IMG/VR virus record: IMGVR_UViG_3300044644_001125
Coordinates: 83,623 to 147,622 of that record
Length of the DNA stretch: 64,000 nucleotides
Reading direction: 5' to 3' (one strand)
Source: a virus
Positions 45,161-53,023 of this stretch are shown one piece after another. The position numbers and the translations under genes were made by a program. The notes under the pieces were generated by a model. That model did no database searches. It was not told the DNA's origin and saw nothing but the letters and a program-made list of their open reading frames with translations. Position 1 is the stretch's first letter; the number at the start of each line of letters is the position of its first letter.

Positions 45161-45455
45161 AAAGTTTTCGGGTATGCTCTATCATCTCATCTGCCGTTCT
45201 AGTAACCCATTTGCCATTTTCAGCAGCATCTAAAACTGTAGCAATATCTTCTTCACTAAAATGATCGCCACACGCGCAGTATTCTACATCTTCTTCATTA
45301 TCTTTTAGTGCAGACTGGGCAATCTTATCATGCAACTCAAGTAACTCTTCTAAAGTCATTTTAGTCCAAGGACCATTCTCAGACGCGATTATTCTAGCAA
45401 TATCCGCTTCACTAATCAAGTCATATTCGTTTGTGAATTCTTCATCTTCGTCCAT
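45123..45455 (-). CDS. acidic protein with two GPWT/GKWV repeat units
   Basis: ENGPWTKMTLEELLELHDKI and ENGKWVTRTADEMIEHTRKL. Confidence 0.5.
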   Translation of the reverse strand: MDEDEEFTNEYDLISEADIARIIASENGPWTKMTLEELLELHDKIAQSALKDNEEDVEYCACGDHFSEEDIATVLDAAENGKWVTRTADEMIEHTRKLCENTRGENDEIK

Positions 45456-45456
45456 A

Positions 45457-45666
45457 TCAAAACCTATCCAAGTTGTCTTTAACCCATTTTAGAACACTTA
45501 TGCGTTCATTATCTTTTAGGTCACTGCAAAGTACGGATGCTTTAATCGCATCTCCACGTACAGTGATTATCATTCGCGGTTTTGAATCAATCGTATCTGA
45601 CCAAGAAATGGATTCTCCAATTTTCAAATAGCCGTTTAGTTTTGTATCATCTGGTGCCAGTATCAT
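45457..45666 (-). CDS. hypothetical protein
   Basis: 69-aa ORF. Confidence 0.45.
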   Translation of the reverse strand: MILAPDDTKLNGYLKIGESISWSDTIDSKPRMIITVRGDAIKASVLCSDLKDNERISVLKWVKDNLDRF

Positions 45667-46039
45667 ATAGTCTCTCTTTTATACTTAATATTGAAATCAT
45701 GTGTAAGTTCTTGAGTTCTTCTTTCTCTTCGCATTCAGGTAATACATCTAAATCAAAATACCTAAACGCGCTGTCATCTTGTAAAGCTGCATTTAAACAA
45801 ACCGCAGGTGTTAACTCATAAACATACAGCAGAGCTTCTAAGTTTTGTGCAACTGCTGCTTCACAAATAGCAGCAGTTTGTTGTTCTACAAATTGAAGTG
45901 CTAATCCGTTTTGAGTCACTGCAGCCAAACAAATTTCAAAAGTCTGCGTATCGACCCATTCCAAAGTCATGCCATCACGCCGTACCGACGCAAGACATTG
46001 TTCAACTGTTTGATTAGGAATAGCACGTAAATCGATCAT
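45647..46039 (-). CDS. DUF4116-like repeat protein
   Basis: Repeats LAAVTQNGLALQFV and AAVAQNLEALLYV. Confidence 0.45.
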   Translation of the reverse strand: MIDLRAIPNQTVEQCLASVRRDGMTLEWVDTQTFEICLAAVTQNGLALQFVEQQTAAICEAAVAQNLEALLYVYELTPAVCLNAALQDDSAFRYFDLDVLPECEEKEELKNLHMISILSIKERLYDTGTR

Positions 46040-46205
46040 ACCGGCAAGACTTGAATGGTTACACTTATCTTTTCATCTAACGCTTCGATAAACGAATCAT
46101 CATGGATTAATTCCTGCATAGTCAAGTCGATCATATTCTCGACCATCCCGACGTTAGCCCTTCCATCGCCACCACATTCAATGGTAAACATATACTGATA
46201 TTTTC

Positions 46206-46769
46206 TCACGCAAACTGCTCCTCTATACTCGCTGTTATCCCAAAAATAGAATCTAATTCTGGATCGATTAGGTTCTTAACTGTCTCTGACGAGTAATGAC
46301 TAATGTCAACAAAATCATCTAACCCATTGTCCCAAATACCACAATAACCCAATCTTCTTTCCCAATAATAAGCAACCACATCAAACCCAAGTTCAACCAA
46401 CCGTTCATACACATCAAATGGTGCTGTATCAACAGTATCGAACTCTAGTACGGCAGTCCCATCAACCACTTCCGATTTCAAGAATGTAGAATCGATATCA
46501 CGTGTACATCCCCATTCTGCAATACAAAACTCGTAAGCATCGGAATAGCCAAACTTAACTCTATTGGCTTCTCTAGTCAAGTCAATGTCTTCAGACTCAA
46601 CGTCCAAAAACAATTCACGCGGAATTGGCATCAACGCACGTAACAAACCAGAACCATTAAAACCAGCCACTGCTTTATCCAATAAAGCAGCATCTGAATG
46701 TTGTAACTTTACAATGTTAGTAACTTTGTTTAACATAACAACTCCTAGATTACTCGGATGATTGACCAT
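46206..46769 (-). CDS. paralog of 3700-4284 (DUF1281-like)
   Basis: Shared MPIPRELF and core. 187 aa. Confidence 0.6.
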   Translation of the reverse strand: MVNHPSNLGVVMLNKVTNIVKLQHSDAALLDKAVAGFNGSGLLRALMPIPRELFLDVESEDIDLTREANRVKFGYSDAYEFCIAEWGCTRDIDSTFLKSEVVDGTAVLEFDTVDTAPFDVYERLVELGFDVVAYYWERRLGYCGIWDNGLDDFVDISHYSSETVKNLIDPELDSIFGITASIEEQFA

Positions 46770-47238
46770 TTTCTATTTTCTGTGCATGATACTTTAAAAT
46801 ATCACCTAATGAGTTTAAGTACTCAGCTGTTTGCATCGGTGTTTCTGCAGTTTTTAATCTGAATAACCCAGTCTCAATAATACTAATAATACTTTCAAGT
46901 TTAGCAGGTGGACTTTCTGTTTTGTTCTGCCAAGCATAATCAACTTTCAGCAAGTCTATAGTTTCAAGAACCTTGTCAACTGCCTTTGCGTCATACCCAC
47001 CAATAATCCAAGAGTGCAAATGAAATGGCGTAGTAATCGTATCCCAGTCATAGATAGTCGCTACTATACCATCCTCGAACTGGATTGTCCACATGCAAGT
47101 GACTTTCGAATCTACTGGGTCTGGTGATGGTCCAATGTTTGGTTGTCCAAAGGTATTGACTAAGGTATCGTAGTCAGTGGCTATCTGGCCTTGTTGATGG
47201 GCACCAGTGGCATTGACTTGGTCTGTTGTGAACTTCAT
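46750..47238 (-). CDS. hypothetical protein
   Basis: 162-aa ORF. Confidence 0.55.
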   Translation of the reverse strand: MKFTTDQVNATGAHQQGQIATDYDTLVNTFGQPNIGPSPDPVDSKVTCMWTIQFEDGIVATIYDWDTITTPFHLHSWIIGGYDAKAVDKVLETIDLLKVDYAWQNKTESPPAKLESIISIIETGLFRLKTAETPMQTAEYLNSLGDILKYHAQKIENGQSSE

Positions 47239-47266
47239 ACTAATCCTCTTTTGTGGTTGTTTAAGG

Positions 47267-47491
47267 CTATTTAACTGGTTTGTAAAAGGCTAAGAAATAC
47301 AAGATGACTAAGATCGAATCGTTAAACAGAAAGAATTTCAAATCAGCTTCAAAAGTTTCAATTTCTTTTAGATATTCGTCAACTATTATTGCTGCAGATA
47401 GGGCAAACATTAAGGGTACTCCTACATCTGCTATTCGTTTGTGCATGGCTTTTCTCCTAGGTATACTAGTATATATCTCGCACTGGTACAA
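47267..47491 (-). CDS. small membrane protein
   Basis: 74 aa with two hydrophobic segments. Confidence 0.4.
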   Translation of the reverse strand: MYQCEIYTSIPRRKAMHKRIADVGVPLMFALSAAIIVDEYLKEIETFEADLKFFLFNDSILVILYFLAFYKPVK

Positions 47492-47759
47492 TACTATAAT
47501 GCAATTTTAATTTCTCGCCATCACCCAGTTCCAGGTATCCAGATCTTATGTCAACTATACCAGTATCACAGATGTACCAAAAGTCTAAGTATGCAAACGT
47601 CGAAACTCCATGGACTTTTCCACGTATCGAAAATAATTCCGCATAAGTAGGAAATCTCCAGCCTACTTGATCGTTTATAACAAGTGAGAAACAATACAAC
47701 TTTGCTTCATTTATGGTCAAATCTTTCCAGTATTCGATTGGTGCTATTTGTATAGTCAT
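47466..47759 (-). CDS. DUF1566-like small protein
   Basis: MTIQIAPIEY..LYCFSLVINDQVGWRFPTYAEL..IVPVRDIY. Confidence 0.55.
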   Translation of the reverse strand: MTIQIAPIEYWKDLTINEAKLYCFSLVINDQVGWRFPTYAELFSIRGKVHGVSTFAYLDFWYICDTGIVDIRSGYLELGDGEKLKLHYSIVPVRDIY

Positions 47760-47809
47760 TGTTTGTAATTATAACTTAAAGATAATTGATGTCAAGTTCA
47801 TGATTGATT

Positions 47810-47935
47810 GCGAGGCCTGATAGGGCCGAGCCTAATGTTAATGCGTTATTTGCTCTTCTTGATTAATGTAATTACTTGCGAGGCCTGATAGGGCCGAGCC
47901 TTGCTGTATTTTGCGAGGCCTGATAGGGCCGAGCC
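47810..47935. repeat. three tandem GC-hairpin elements (GCGAG-gcc-tgatag-ggc-CGAGCC)
   Basis: Copies at 47810-47832, 47878-47900 and 47913-47935, directly upstream of HNH gene. Confidence 0.65.
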
Positions 47936-48071
47936 TTTGTTTAGGTAGATTCTATTATCTTTTAGAAAGGTTGTCAAGAGGTTTTCTTAGTGGAAGGATA
48001 AATAAGGGTGTAACTCGCGGATGGCCGTCCCAGTTACTCTAATGCTTTCAATCTTACAGGAGAACATCAGC

Positions 48072-49133
48072 ATGACTATTTATACGTTTGAAAAAGTAAC
48101 AGAATTACTTACAGAATTAAACTTGGAAACAGTTTATCACGGGAAACGTGAACCTCATATCAAATCTAAGTATCCAGATATACACCGAGCAGTTTATGAT
48201 ACAACCTCGTTCTTGGTAAAACCAACGTTTACTGAACGTTTATTCTACTATGCAAACGGTGTAACATCAATTGAACAAATACCAGAATGTAAATGGTGTG
48301 GAAAACCTGTCAATTACAGTATACAGGCTCGTGCATTTAATGATTTTTGTTCAAGTAACACTGGATGTGGTTTTAAATATTTCTGTGAACAGAATGGTGT
48401 TGAGGGTTCAGCTCAGTTGCAATCAGTTAAAGATTCGTATAAAGCAACCTGTTTAAAAAAACACGGTGTTGATAATGCGAGTAAATCACCTGCAGTTCGT
48501 GCTAAGATATCAGCTGGTAAGAAAGCTGGAAAAGATAGAGCAATGGTAGATCTAGTTGAACATCTCGGATGTACTCCGTTGAATATGACAAAGGACGAGT
48601 ATTATCTAGCAGTAACTCGTATTACCGAACACGCATATTCCAGAAATATCGACACCCTAGACCCAGATAGACTAAGATCACCCGATTACCATATCGACCA
48701 CCAAGTCAGTATTTTTTATGGGTACCAAAACGAAATTCCTCCATTTATAATTGGTGATATAACCAATCTTAGAATGATGGATCGCACTAGTAATATATCT
48801 AAAGGATATCGTAATTCTATTACAATTCACGAACTAATTGCGAAATATAACAACCACTATGGCACCGACGAGCAAGCACCATTAACCGAAAATCTTGAAA
48901 TACCTAAAGCTCAAATCGGTGTTGATAATGGTTTGAAGATGACGTACTACGTTGAAGAAGCAGGTGTATGTCATGTATGCGGTGGTGAGGCTCATTATAT
49001 GCGAAAAGATGATGGATCCCACCAGTGTACACCACAGAAGAAGCATTGTCCAGAGATGCAAAAATACTACCTTGAACTAAAAAAACAGAGATACAAACAG
49101 AAAAGACTTTTGGAAAATCAAACGTCTCAGTAA
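48072..49133 (+). CDS. HNH homing endonuclease (MTIY family)
   Basis: DYHIDHQVSIFYG...NLRMMDRTSNISKG HNH core. Starts MTIYTF like 40515. AGGAGAACATCAGC-ATG SD. Conserved leader shared with 40440-40514. Confidence 0.7.
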   Translation: MTIYTFEKVTELLTELNLETVYHGKREPHIKSKYPDIHRAVYDTTSFLVKPTFTERLFYYANGVTSIEQIPECKWCGKPVNYSIQARAFNDFCSSNTGCGFKYFCEQNGVEGSAQLQSVKDSYKATCLKKHGVDNASKSPAVRAKISAGKKAGKDRAMVDLVEHLGCTPLNMTKDEYYLAVTRITEHAYSRNIDTLDPDRLRSPDYHIDHQVSIFYGYQNEIPPFIIGDITNLRMMDRTSNISKGYRNSITIHELIAKYNNHYGTDEQAPLTENLEIPKAQIGVDNGLKMTYYVEEAGVCHVCGGEAHYMRKDDGSHQCTPQKKHCPEMQKYYLELKKQRYKQKRLLENQTSQ

Positions 49134-49137
49134 TTTG

Positions 49138-49178
49138 AACAAAAGCCAGTAGACTCAACATCCACTGGCTTTTCTATT
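49138..49178. terminator. bidirectional rho-independent terminator
   Basis: AGCCAGT-12nt-ACTGGCT flanked by A-run and TTTCTATT. Confidence 0.6.
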
Positions 49179-49183
49179 ATCTT

Positions 49184-50386
49184 TTAGTCTGTATAGTGAA
49201 CGGTTTGTCCATACGAAGCGGTAGCGGATTCATTACCGAATACGATAAACAATGTATCCACTAGTTCACCGATGGCTGGCACCTCGTCGCTCACATACAG
49301 GTCAGTAAAATTAAGGAGTTTTTTAGGGCTTAGATTATTCTCTTTTAGGTATTCTAAAATACATCTATAATCTGTGCCACCACCACCAACTGGTTCATAA
49401 GTTAACAAATCACCAGCATTGTCATGCGTAATTAAAATTGGATTGTAAATGTCAACATCATAACAGAATAAATGAATTTTATAATCAGTATACTGACTCA
49501 TGATACCAGAGATCTCACCTAAGAATATAGAGATTTCGTTTTGTCCAATAGATCCACTCATGTCTAAAGCAATTGCAATGTCAATCGTTTGTTCTGGAAT
49601 CATACCAGGTAGAATAGCTCCAGATGCCCAACCTTTACGACTAGGTCTACTGAATGAATAGTTACTACGAACAATCGATTGAATGTTCATCTGTAATAGT
49701 TCACGCCAATTCATTTTAGGTTCAGTCATATCTTGAATCAGTCTTTTAATAGCAGCAGGTACATTACCAGCGGCGGCCGCATGTGCTTGGACCATCGCTT
49801 CTTTCAAAGAATCTCTGATCTCCTGCCATTCTGCTTTTGAAAACTTAGGTCTACCGCTACCTTCTTTACCATCTTCGTCGCCGTCGCCATCACCGCTATC
49901 ATCTTGAGAGAGGTGGTCGTCTAATGAATCCATGCCTGCGAGTATGTCATCGAGTGACACTACGGTCGCGTTTTCAATAAGTAATTCGTAGATCTCCTCC
50001 CAAGATTTTCCACGATAGACTGGATCCAAGCACAGAGGAACTTGATCAATAACCGTTCCAATCTTTTCATCTACGAGCAGTATGTTTATGGCGAAATCTT
50101 GGGCTATATTTGACAACCGAGCATCTCGTGAGCCACGCCGCAAAAAATGTTCAAAACAAATGTGAAGAATCTCATGACCGAATAAGAATTCAAGTTGTTT
50201 AACTGATAGTTTTTCAACGAATTCGGTGTTGTAATAGAAGTCTTTCCCATTAGTGGCCGCCGTTTGGCACCACGAACTGCTCTCCACAAGTTTCATCCGA
50301 GATGCCAAATTACCAAAAAAGCTAGCCCGTAGCATGAGACCGATGCGAGCAACCGTGAGTTTTTCTTCGATGGGAGTTAGTAACAT
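49184..50386 (-). CDS. vWA domain protein with N-terminal HExxH (DUF2201-like) domain; partner of MoxR ATPase
   Basis: FGHEILHICFEHF. C-terminal MIDAS IDIAIALDMSGSIG. Acidic linker. Confidence 0.7.
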   Translation of the reverse strand: MLLTPIEEKLTVARIGLMLRASFFGNLASRMKLVESSSWCQTAATNGKDFYYNTEFVEKLSVKQLEFLFGHEILHICFEHFLRRGSRDARLSNIAQDFAINILLVDEKIGTVIDQVPLCLDPVYRGKSWEEIYELLIENATVVSLDDILAGMDSLDDHLSQDDSGDGDGDEDGKEGSGRPKFSKAEWQEIRDSLKEAMVQAHAAAAGNVPAAIKRLIQDMTEPKMNWRELLQMNIQSIVRSNYSFSRPSRKGWASGAILPGMIPEQTIDIAIALDMSGSIGQNEISIFLGEISGIMSQYTDYKIHLFCYDVDIYNPILITHDNAGDLLTYEPVGGGGTDYRCILEYLKENNLSPKKLLNFTDLYVSDEVPAIGELVDTLFIVFGNESATASYGQTVHYTD

Positions 50387-50615
50387 AATGTATATTCCTG
50401 TTGTTTAGTTGTTAAGGTGAGTGTATTGTAGCTAAAAGATAATTGACTGTCAAGTTGTTTCTAAAAGATAACTAAAAGATAATTGATTCATAATGCACCA
50501 TATACTAAAAGATAATTGGTATATCTGGGACCTAAAAGATAATTGACTGTCAAGATGTTTCTAAAAAATAACTAAAAGATAAGGTACCCATAATACAAAT
50601 CCAAGAATACCAAAT
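50387..50615. promoter_or_regulatory. array of 9 CTAAAAGATAA(T/C) motifs with overlapping divergent TTGAC boxes
   Basis: Minus orientation: TTGACAGTCAATTATCTTTTAGC-TACAAT promoter for 49184-50386, with the motif inside the spacer. Palindromic TTGACTGTCAA x2. Confidence 0.5.
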
Positions 50616-50831
50616 CTACTTATCAAGTTTCATAACTACGGAACCGTTACAATTGTAGAATCCAACCTGATGTATATCACGAGAAGCACCAAGGTATTCA
50701 CAACCCGATTCTGTTGCTATTTGAGTTCTGGTATCTTTTCTAGTATAGTCCAAGTAACCACCGATTAGGGTGAAGGCTACAGAGCCTACTAAGACAACTA
50801 CAATGATAATAGCAAGTACGATATCTTTCAT
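50616..50831 (-). CDS. small membrane protein
   Basis: N-terminal TM helix; 71 aa. Confidence 0.5.
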   Translation of the reverse strand: MKDIVLAIIIVVVLVGSVAFTLIGGYLDYTRKDTRTQIATESGCEYLGASRDIHQVGFYNCNGSVVMKLDK

Positions 50832-50895
50832 GTTTGAAGCCTCTATATAATTGAAAAGACTAAAAGATAATCCCTCATCTTTTAGTCTATAAAGT

Positions 50896-51180
50896 TTAAG
50901 CTAAGATAGCCAGTACGTCATCTTCGATCATCTGGGTTAGGGTATCATCGTCGATTTTGATATCAGTACCAGCGGTTTTAAGGAATAGAACACGGTCACC
51001 GACTGCTACGTGCATTGGTCTTGTAGAGCCATCTGGCATTTCCTTACCTGGACCAGCTGCAATGACTTCACCGATACTTGGTTTTTCGGCAGCAGCACCA
51101 GGGAGTACAATACCGCCTGCGGTAACAGTTTCAGTTGGAATCTTTTTGATAAAGAGTCGGTCGTTTAAAGGTTGAATCAT
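50896..51180 (-). CDS. groES: GroES-family co-chaperonin
   Basis: MIQPLNDRLFIKK..AGGIVLPGAAAEKP..GEVIAAGPG..VGDRVLF. Alignable by eye to E. coli GroES over its full 94 aa. Confidence 0.8.
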   Translation of the reverse strand: MIQPLNDRLFIKKIPTETVTAGGIVLPGAAAEKPSIGEVIAAGPGKEMPDGSTRPMHVAVGDRVLFLKTAGTDIKIDDDTLTQMIEDDVLAILA

Positions 51181-51198
51181 AGGGAACCTCTTAGAATT

Positions 51199-51229
51199 GA
51201 AAAAAGGTAGCGGCTTTTACACCGCTACC
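51199..51229 (-). terminator. rho-independent terminator between MoxR and GroES genes
   Basis: Minus strand GGTAGCGG-8nt-CCGCTACC followed by TTTTTTCAATTC. Confidence 0.55.
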
Positions 51230-51237
51230 AGAAGAAC

Positions 51238-52323
51238 TTACTTATCTGACATCGCTTGGATGATCAATTTGCCATATTTTTCAGAGAACTGGTGGAATGA
51301 AGGCATTTTGGTTGCATCGAATGGTAAGTTATAAGATACCAAGCCGGTTCTTGCACCCATCACAACTAATTCAGTTGGGAAGTTAGCCATCATGTAGGTA
51401 AAGAAGTTGTTAGCCATGTCATTCCAACCGGCTGCTTTCTTGTCAGCACGATCTTTTAACTCGTAGCAAAGTGAAATAGTCAACGAGTACATAGCTGAGA
51501 TTTCTTTAACGTCTAGTTTAGTTACTTTACCATCTAAGATATCATCAGCAGTTGGCATTTTACCAGCGATTTTGCGATGAGCCATAAACTTGATACTTAG
51601 ACCATCACCGATAGCACCAGCAACTAAGGTATGTAAGGTTTCGCTATCGATAGTAGATTCATCATCTAGCAATTCAGATACGAAAGACCAAGAGCGTGGT
51701 GTAGCGAATGCTTTACTAGAGCTTGCTGGTTTAAAGTCATACAAGTCTTGTTTAGCAAAACCCAAGTAACCAATAACTTCAGGATGGATTTGGTTTTGGA
51801 TTGCCCATTCTTGCCAGTCATCGAAATCTGTGGTAGTTTCCAAATGGACGAAACGGTTTGCTAGAGGACTTGGCATACGGAATGTTACACCTCTATCGCC
51901 ATCGCGGTTACCAGCTGCCACAATATCTACACCTTCTGGTAAGACATAGTTACCTACTCTACGGTTTAAGATAAGTTGGTAAGCAGCGGCTTGAACTGCT
52001 GGTGGTGCTGAGTTTAATTCGTCTAAGAAGAGAATCGCAGTTGATTCTGGATCACTAGGTAATTCAGCAGGTTCTGCCCATAGCATGGTTTTAGCTTCTT
52101 GGTTGTAATAAGGAATACCTTTGATATCGGTAGGTTCCCAGAGTGCTAAACGGATGTCAATAACTTCACGGTGTTGTTCTTGACCGATTTGTTTGACCAG
52201 ATCCGACTTACCAATGCCTGGTGCGCCCCAGACAAAAATAGGACGGCGTTTTTTGATTGAGTGTTGAATTGCTTTTTTTGCTGCTTTAGGGCCAACTAAA
52301 CGTGTGCTGATATCTGTGCTCAT
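51238..52323 (-). CDS. MoxR-family AAA+ ATPase (CobS/CbbQ-like)
   Basis: Walker A VWGAPGIGKSDL. Walker B ILFLDELN. 361 aa. Adjacent to vWA partner. Confidence 0.75.
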   Translation of the reverse strand: MSTDISTRLVGPKAAKKAIQHSIKKRRPIFVWGAPGIGKSDLVKQIGQEQHREVIDIRLALWEPTDIKGIPYYNQEAKTMLWAEPAELPSDPESTAILFLDELNSAPPAVQAAAYQLILNRRVGNYVLPEGVDIVAAGNRDGDRGVTFRMPSPLANRFVHLETTTDFDDWQEWAIQNQIHPEVIGYLGFAKQDLYDFKPASSSKAFATPRSWSFVSELLDDESTIDSETLHTLVAGAIGDGLSIKFMAHRKIAGKMPTADDILDGKVTKLDVKEISAMYSLTISLCYELKDRADKKAAGWNDMANNFFTYMMANFPTELVVMGARTGLVSYNLPFDATKMPSFHQFSEKYGKLIIQAMSDK

Positions 52324-52406
52324 TGTAATCTCGCTTTTGAAGTTAATGTTAAGGGTTTTTGTAAATCAGGTTGTAGTTTAAATCTAAAAGATGATGTTGT
52401 CAATCT
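52324..52406 (-). promoter_or_regulatory. type-B-spacer promoter (TTGACA-ACATCATCTTTTAGATT-TAAACT)
   Basis: The 12-mer in reverse orientation occupies the -35/-10 spacer. The same promoter repeats at 52674-52760. Confidence 0.5.
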
Positions 52407-52673
52407 TTATTTTAGAGTTTTTGAAATCTTTTCTGCTGGAATGCTCCATTCTTTCATTGTTCCATTATCAAATGTATTCTTTACGTAAGCAAAGAAACGT
52501 TTTTGCAATGCAGGATCCAACGAGTCCAATTTTTGTCTGGCGCTTGGAATGTCAATTATTTCTGATTTAAGCAACGCGGACCAAGAAATAGAAAGATCTC
52601 GTAGTTCTGCATCGGTAAATTCAGATGCATTGTTTTCTGGTATGATTAAAGAATCGATAATGTCAGTAGTCAT
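52407..52673 (-). CDS. hypothetical protein
   Basis: 88-aa ORF with identical promoter to MoxR gene. Confidence 0.5.
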   Translation of the reverse strand: MTTDIIDSLIIPENNASEFTDAELRDLSISWSALLKSEIIDIPSARQKLDSLDPALQKRFFAYVKNTFDNGTMKEWSIPAEKISKTLK

Positions 52674-53023
52674 GATATTTACTCCAGTATTAATGTTAAG
52701 TGTAGTTTAAATCTAAAAGATGATGTTGTCAAGTATTTAATTTGGTTCGTTTCATCTTGGGTTACATTCTATTCCTAAAAGATAATGCTGTCAAGTGTTA
52801 TTTTCTAGGTTTCTCGTCTCGGTGACGATGTGGCTATTATAGACTAAAATTAGATGTTGTCAACAGTTATTTTCAAAAAGTTTTCTAAACTGTTATTCAA
52901 TTATCTTTTAGGTCAATACTGCCAACCACGAAACGAATCATACACTATAGGTATATAGGTGTCAACTGACTTTAAATAAAATCATACTAAATACAATATA
53001 TCATTACCACTTGAACTAATAAA
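52674..53023. promoter_or_regulatory. non-coding region with four CTAAAAGAT(G/A)ATG(T/C)TGTCAA repeats preceding tnpB
   Basis: Copies near 52713, 52774, 52838 and 52900 (the last inverted). Confidence 0.4.

Noticed and set aside
50387-50615. Possible CRISPR array (regularly repeated CTAAAAGATAA)
   Set aside because: The repeat is only 12 bp and spacers are irregular (5-25 bp). The same motif is dispersed genome-wide as a promoter-associated element. No cas genes are present.
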